Below are positions 16,038 to 64,000 of a DNA stretch of 64,000 nucleotides, in pieces. Location: positions 2,728,001-2,792,000 of the forward strand of contig CM035354.1 of NCBI GenBank assembly GCA_020137815.1, given 5' to 3'. The notes below the pieces were generated by a model that worked only from the letters and a program-made list of their open reading frames with translations, did not search any database and had not been told where the DNA came from. The translations under genes were made by a program, and so were the position numbers. The number at the start of each line of letters is the position of its first letter. The first letter of the stretch is position 1. The DNA is from Hormiphora californensis (taxonomy: Eukaryota > Animalia > Ctenophora).

Positions 16038-19000
16038 GACAGACAGACAGACAGAGACAGACAGACAGACAGAGACAGACAGACAGACAGAGACAGACAG
16101 ACAGCCAGACAGACAGACAGACAGACAGACATGCAGAGAGACAGACAGACAGACAGACAGACAGGTAAACTCACTGGTGGTACAGTCACGTGTTTCACTG
16201 TGAACTCCCCCACGGCACAGAGAATGGGGAGATTCCTCGTAATTCTTCCCATCAAAACACTGGCACTTCCTGGTTCTGTGCTGGGTACACTCAACCCCAC
16301 AGCTACTCCACGGATCCCATTCAGACCAATGAGCTAGAGACATTAGTTGGGGTGAATATACTAGTGGCTAGAGGGTGAATGTACTAGTGGCCAGAGACAT
16401 TAAAGTTGGGGTGAATACTAGGGTGAATACTATTATAAAAAAAGTGGCTGGAGACAGTTGGGGTGAATAAAGAATACTGAATAGAGAGCAGGAACCGACC
16501 GAATCAGGAAATACTGGTCCCTGATTGGCTGATAACCAGTCACGTGACCTAAATAACGAGTTCTGATTGGTTGTTTACTTGTTTCGGTCGGTTCCTAATA
16601 ATGAGATGTCTGTTCACTTACAAGGTTGAGCATGGCAGATCTTGTAGTCTGGTTTCAGGAGATTAGGATCACACGCCGCACTATACCAATCGGGAGAACA
16701 CGAGCACACGGGAGGGGAGCCCTCCACACGGAGACCGTTAATGTTGGTGTCACATGTCCGGGGACAAATAGCAGGTGTTCCTGGCATCACCATACATGTA
16801 CCTGGAGAGAGAGAGAGGGGTGAGTTACCATGGTTACCGAGTACATGGTTACCGTGGTAACTAATCGTAGTAACCATGGTATAGCGTGGTGACTATGGAA
16901 ATTAAGTATAATTAAATATAATTATAATTAAATATATATAATAATTATAATTAAATATAATAATTATAATTAAATATATATAATTATAATTAAATATATA
17001 ATTATAATTAAATATATATAATTATAATTAAATATAATTATAAGTATAGTTACCATGGTAACAAGAATGTTGATACACGCTCACACTACTCACATTTCTC
17101 AGGTATGTTGGTACACGCCACCGACTGTTTTGATGGTTCTCGTCCACAACTCTGATCTCCCACCACAAACTTGGAGGAATCCTCCCTGATACAGTTGCAC
17201 TGCCTGAATCTCTTGACATACACGTGACACTGGTTGTAGGGCAGTCTACTGGGACACTCCTCTAAATGCTTCCAGTCACCCCAGCCTGTTAAAGGATGGA
17301 GCGGTTATAGTTCGGAGTGGGACATCTACCAGACACGTGATCACGTGATGCCCATATATGGTGTGTGGGTGTGTGAGTGGACTGTGGGTACCTGACTGAC
17401 AGGCCCTGAATATCACGTGATGCCCATATATGGTGGGTACCTGATTGACAGGAGCTGAATATCACGTGATGCCCATATATGGTGGGTACCTGATTGACAG
17501 GACCTGAATATCACGTGATGCCCATATATGGTGGGTACCTGACTGACAGGACCTGAATATCACGTGATGCCCATATATGGTGGGTACCTGATTGACAGGA
17601 CCTGAATATCACGTGATGCCCATATATGGTGCGTGGGTGGGTACCTGACTGACAGGACCTGAATATCACGTGATGCCCATATATGGTGGGTACCTGACTG
17701 ACAGGACCTGAATATCACGTGATGCCCAGATATGGTGGGTACCTGACTGACAGGACCTGAATATCACGTGATGCCCATATATGGTGGGTACCTGACTGAC
17801 AGGCCCTGAATATCACGTGATGCCCATATATGGTGGGTACCTGACTGACAGGACCTGAATATCACGTGATGGCCATATATGGTGGGTACCTGACTGACAG
17901 GAGCGGATCTCACTGTGTCCCTCTGCTATGTTACACTTGGATGCACGGATAGCAAATCCTCGTCCACTTACTGGGTCATCGCACCTGTACACAGGAGTAT
18001 TGTTACCAGGAATTGACCGAATCAGGAAATACTGGTCCCTGATTGGCTGATAACCAGTCACGTGACCTAAATAACGAGTTCTGATTGGTTGTTTACTTGT
18101 GTCGGTCGGTTCCTAATTGTTACACAAACAGTAGCGAAGATAAAACGGACTCTTGTGAACTTTGAATCCACGTACTTGATCTACCGAACCATCACAGAGT
18201 GCGCAACCACGTACCTGCAAGATCCCTCTCTGCGCTGCATGCACATGTTGTCACAATCGCTCCACTCAGCCCACTCGACAGCAGACTCGCAGGAGGCCGC
18301 CTCAACACTGTTTCCCGGCCTAATACCACACTTTGAACCACTAGGTCATTTGAAGGGGGTGTTAGGTTGGGGTAGGTAATAAATGTGGGGTAAGCAGTAG
18401 GGGTAGTTAATAAACACATTGTTCGTATGGGGGTTATGTATGTAGTTACCTGATAGGGAAAGAGGAAGAGGTTGAAGGGTCAACACACATACACTGAGTA
18501 GACCGTGTCCTCTGGCACTCACTATCACACTCCGACCAGTCACCAGTCTTAGTTTCTGAGAATGGAGAATAGCAGTAAGTAAGGGGGTAACGAAGTTACC
18601 CATCCCTTGCCAGCGCGCGAAGGTCTCTCTTTATCTCTCTCTCTCTCCCTCTAGAGGGGTTATTTCGTAACCAAGTAAGTAAGGAGGTAGAAAACAAATG
18701 TGGATACTGAACAAATTGGTTGTTAACCGCGGGGCTAACCAATGGTAACCATGGTAACCATCCCTCTTTCGTTACCACTATCCTGGTCGCTCCGCTCACT
18801 GACACTGGGCGATCCTGATAGCGTTACAAAACCGGGTTGTACTCACCAACACCGCAAGGTTCCGTTTCAGTTTGGAGCTCCACCATGCATATATCGGGGG
18901 AAACAATGGCAGTATCACAGCAGCAGTTCTGCTTCCTGCTCCGGGTACATGTGACACTGTCACACCCACCCCACTCACCCCATTCTACCGTAACTGGGGG

Positions 19001-21808
19001 AGGGGAGGGGGGTTATTGAGGAGTTATTGTGGGGTTATTATGGGGTAAATGTGACACTGTCACACCCACCCCACTCACCCCACTCTACCGTAACTGGGGG
19101 AGGGGAGGGGGGTTATTGAGGAGTTATTGAGGAGTTATTGTGGGGTAGATGTGATACTGTCACACCCACCCCACTCACCCCACCCTACTGTAACTGGGGG
19201 AGGGGGGTTATTGAGGAGTTATTGTGGGGTTATTATGGGGTAGATGTGACACTGTCACACCCACCCCACTCACCCCACTCTACCGTAACTGGGGGAGGGG
19301 GGTTATTGAGGAGTTATTATGGGGTTATTATGGGGTAGATGTGACACTGTCACACCCACCCCACTCACCCCACTCTACCGTAACTGGGGGAGGGGAGGGG
19401 GGTTATTGAGGAGTTATTGTGGGGTTATTATGGGGTAGATGTGAAACTGTAACACCCACCCCACTCACCCCACTCTACCGTAACTGGGGGAGGGGGGTTA
19501 TTGAGGAGTTATTGTGGGGTTATTGTGGGGTTATTATGGGGTAGATGTGAAACTGTAACACCCACCCCACTCACTCCACTCTACCGTAACTGGGGGAGGG
19601 GGGTTATTGAGGAGTTATTGTGGGGTTATTATGGGGTAGATGTGACACTGTCACACCCACCCCACTCACCCCACTCTACCGTAACTGGGGGAGGGGAGGG
19701 GGTTATTGAGGAGTTATTGTGGGGTTATTATGGGGTAGATGTGACACTGTAACACCCACCCCACTCACCCCACTCTACCGTAACTGGGGGAGGGGAGGGG
19801 GGTTATTGAGGAGTTATTGTGGGGTTATTATGGGGTACATGTGACACTGTCACACCCACCCCACTCTACCGTAACTGGGGGAGGGGAGGGGGGTTATTGA
19901 GGAGTTATTGTGGGGTTATTGTGGGGTTATTGTGGGGTAGATGTGACACTGTCACACCCACCCCACTCACCCCACTCTACCGTAACTGGGGGAGGGGAGG
20001 GGGGTTATTGAGGAGTTATTGTGGAGTTATTATGGGGTAGATGTGACACTGTCACACCCACCCCACTCACCCCACTCTACCGTAACTGGGGGAGGGGAGG
20101 GGGTTATTGAGGAGTTATTGTGGCGTTATTGTGGGGTTATTGTGGGGTAGATGTGACACTGTCACACCCACCCCACTCACCCCACTCTACCGTAACTGGG
20201 GGAGGGGAGGGGGGTTATTGAGGAGTTATTGTGGGGTTATTGTGGGGTTATTGTGGGGTAGATGTGACACTGTCACACCCACCCCACTCACCCCACTCTA
20301 CCGTAACTGGGGGAGGGGAGGGGGTTATTGAGGAGTTATTGTGGGGTTATTGTGGGGTTATTATGGGGTAGATGTGACACTGTAACACCCACCCCACTCA
20401 CCCCACTCTACCGTAACTGGGGGAGGGGAGGGGGGTTATTGAGGAGTTATTGTGGGGTTATTATGGGGTACATGTGACACTGTCACACCCACCCCACTCT
20501 ACCGTAACTGGGGGAGGGGAGGGGGGTTATTGAGGAGTTATTGTGGGGTTATTGTGGGGTTATTATGGGGTAGATGTGACACTGTCACACCCAGTGGAGT
20601 TATTGTGGGGTTATTGTGGGTTAGATGTGACACTGTCACACCCACCCCACTCACCCCACTCTACCGTAACTGGGGGAGGGGAGGGGGGTTATTGAGGAGT
20701 TATTGTGGGGTTATTATGGGGTAGATGTGACACTGTCACACCCACCCCACTCACTCCACTCTACCGTAACTGGGGGAGGGGGGTTATTGAGGAGTTATTG
20801 TGGGGTTATTATGGGGTAGATGTGACACTGTCACACCCACCCCACTCACCCCACTCTACCGTAACTGGGGGAGGGGAGGGGGTTATTGAGGAGTTATTGT
20901 GGGGTTATTATGGGGTAGATGTGACACTGTCACACCCACCCCACTCACCCCACTCTACCGTAACTGGGGGAGGGGAGGGGGTTATTGAGGGGTTATTGTG
21001 GGGTTATTGTGGGGTTATTGTGGGGTAGATGTGACACTGTCACACCCACCCCACTCACCCCACTCTACAGAAACTAGGGGATGGGGGAGCAAAGGAGGGG
21101 GCAAGGAGTGATTGAGTAAGGAGGGGGAGGGAGGGGGTTGAGTAAAGAGGGGGGATATTGAGGGTTTTTTTAGTAAAGAGGGGTAACAACCGTCAACCAA
21201 CATTCAACCAACATTCAAAATCCATTCCTAACAAAATGATGATTACAAGAGTTCCAGCTAACAATCAACTAATCAACTAATTAATTAATTAATTAACTCA
21301 CAGCAGGGAGCCCGTTCATCTTCAACTAATTAACTCAACTAATTAATTAACTAATTAACTCACAGCAGGGAGCCCGTTCATCTTCAACTAATTAATTAAT
21401 TAATTAACTCACAGCAGGGAGCCCGTTCATCCTCCACATCGCATTCAGCAGGTTCACACGACCTCCACCGGTATTGCCTGCAGTCATGACCACACTCCTC
21501 AACGTAGTCCCAGTCACTGCACTCACAGTTACTAAAGAATCCTGAAGGGGAGAGATCACAGTTACTAAAGAATCCTGAAGGAGAGAGAGATCACTGTCAA
21601 TTAGCATTGCGGTCTGCAAGAAAAATCACAATATTTTCGGGAGAAAAGATTTTGTGAAACGGAGAGGTAGCTGGGACAAAAGGAATAATCAAATCGAAAG
21701 GAGCTACTCACGCTTGACAAGTCCGGTAACAGAATCCAAACCGGGGAACCCAGCTACCTGCTCGGGTGCAAGGAGCAGGAAGACAAGAGATAGCAACAAG
21801 ACCCTCAT
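8298..21808 (-). CDS. Large secreted cysteine-rich protein with TSP1-like (WxxWxxC) modules, a tandem 8-Cys repeat and Glu/His-rich tracts; about 20 exons
   Basis: Exon 1 (21808-21712) encodes the signal peptide [20 protein letters not shown]. Further exons: 21541-21412, 18993-18847, ~18555-18450, ~18340-18215, ~17985-17890, ~17285-17090, ~16801-16622, ~16334-16175, ~15341-15217, ~15070-14673, ~14387-14213, ~13967-13799, ~13389-13213, ~13107-13025, 12808-11662, ~9953-9794, ~9494-9366, ~8888-8748, ~8470-8298. The last ends ...FCCRGH*. No TM segment was seen. Confidence 0.78.
8625..8733. mobile_element. MITE family A, full length
   Basis: TIRs caggaaccgaccgaa...ttcggtcggttcctg; TSD gttgacac/gttgacat. 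Confidence 0.88.
9934..10700. repeat. ~30-34-bp minisatellite made of an acceptor plus exon start (about 20 copies)
   Basis: The minus-strand unit ccccctccag|AATCGTGTAGGTGTAACGC matches the start of exon ~9953-9794. Confidence 0.9.
10728..11573. repeat. Perfect 40-bp minisatellite (about 21 copies)
   Basis: Unit gggttgatagactggaaatgaaaacggtgattcggggagg. Confidence 0.95.
11662..12808 (-). CDS. Large internal exon of the Cys-rich gene: about 7 copies of CxCSEWRCKxxCDxxMxRxCxxxCDIEEKxIxxPCC plus E/H-rich inserts
   Basis: ORF 11609-12853, bounded by a ctgcag| acceptor and a |gtaggt donor. Confidence 0.85.
15361..16163. repeat. (GACA)n microsatellite filling an intron
   Basis: Imperfect GACA run. 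Confidence 0.95.
16489..16597. mobile_element. MITE family A, reverse orientation
   Basis: Reverse complement of the family core, with TIRs. Confidence 0.85.
16905..17045. repeat. AT-only tandem repeat (ataattataattaaatat)n
   Basis: Direct repeats. Confidence 0.85.
17385..17902. repeat. 43-bp minisatellite spanning a splice donor (about 12 copies)
   Basis: The minus-strand unit contains CCTGTCAGTCAG|GTACCCACC, the same as the real exon end near 17890. Confidence 0.9.
18007..18115. mobile_element. MITE family A, reverse orientation
   Basis: TSD attgttac on both sides. Confidence 0.88.
18945..21075. repeat. ~85-105-bp minisatellite made of an acceptor plus the first ~45 nt of a TSP1-like exon (more than 20 copies)
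   Basis: Each unit carries cccccag|TTACGGTAGAGTGGGGTGAGTGGGGTGGGTGTGACAGTGTCACAT, which encodes (F)[14 protein letters not shown]. Confidence 0.92.
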
Positions 21809-22469
21809 CACGACAGGATGGAGGGGGTAGAAAAGGGAGAGTATTCTAGGTGATGTGGCGAGATGAGGTGGGTTAGTGCTGACGTTTGTTGTTTAGTCTG
21901 GGAGTGGATATTGTTATGACTCCGGGAGTGGGAAATATATACGTAACCATCATATGATCAAGCCACGTGTCTTGTCGACAATTACATCACATTTCGTACC
22001 AGAGAGAAACGGGCACACCCCAGAAGTGGGCGACAGTTCACATGCACGTGCAACTCAGTAGGAAGCGGGGTTCGAAAAGTCAATAAGTTAACTCATTGAG
22101 TAAGTACTCAACAAATAAGAAGATAGAAAGAAGGGGAGATGAAAGACTCTGAGTTACTATAGCACGTTTCATGTTGATAACACATAGGGGATATGATTCA
22201 AGTTGAATCAGCTGAGAAAGCTGGTAACTCAAAGTCTTACAGTTCATTATATAATCAGTCATGTTTTGGTGAGTTAGAAGAATAATTAATTAGTTAATTA
22301 TACACCACAAATAATAACAGTTCAACTGCGGTTCACGTGTAATACATGGGAGCCAGCCCATGTGACACGTATCATAGGGTTACTCAAATGTCCAATATAA
22401 TATATGTAGTGTTCATGTCTGTGGTAATTAACCGGCACTAATTAATCGACTTATAATTAGTTAATTAGT

Positions 22470-64000
<41,531 letters not shown>

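Noticed and set aside
15210-16343. SVCL/TDRQ repeat ORFs (also at 61033-61505)
   Set aside because: They are read-through of (GACA)n microsatellites; only the embedded exon parts are coding.
19138-21028. Series of similar small + strand ORFs
   Set aside because: They are products of the tandem repeat, with no independent gene signals.

Overview
This is intron-rich animal genomic DNA. It is probably from a ctenophore, inferred from the Bsh-type homeodomain, a nested antisense intronic GPCR and the repeat style. Most entries in the ORF track are single exons or repeat artefacts. Manual splicing gives six genes. (1) The 3' end of a MYPT/PPP1R12-like gene (+, to 1293). (2) A claudin/PMP22-like tetraspan gene (+, 2295-~3761). 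(3) A Bsh/Bsx homeobox gene (-, 7879-4382). (4) A secreted TSP1-like protein with an unusual Cys-rich repeat and Glu/His tracts (-, 21808-8298). (5) A giant receptor-type PTP-like gene (-, >64000 to ~22470) with many Ig domains and two Sushi/SEA-like/ephrin-receptor-like Cys-rich blocks. It has one TM segment and one PTP domain whose catalytic Cys, Arg and WPD Asp are all replaced, so it is a predicted pseudophosphatase. (6) An intronless rhodopsin-class GPCR (+, 47444-48520) nested antisense in an intron of gene 5. The most striking unexplained structure is that many intronic tandem repeats are copies of the adjacent exon-intron junction, splice site included. The extreme case is a ~12.7 kb array of about 400 copies of a 31-bp unit that contains CAG|GTAAC. 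Several MITE families are also present. One ~109-bp hAT-like MITE with 8-bp target-site duplications (TSDs) sits 8-40 bp downstream of a splice donor in most of its copies.
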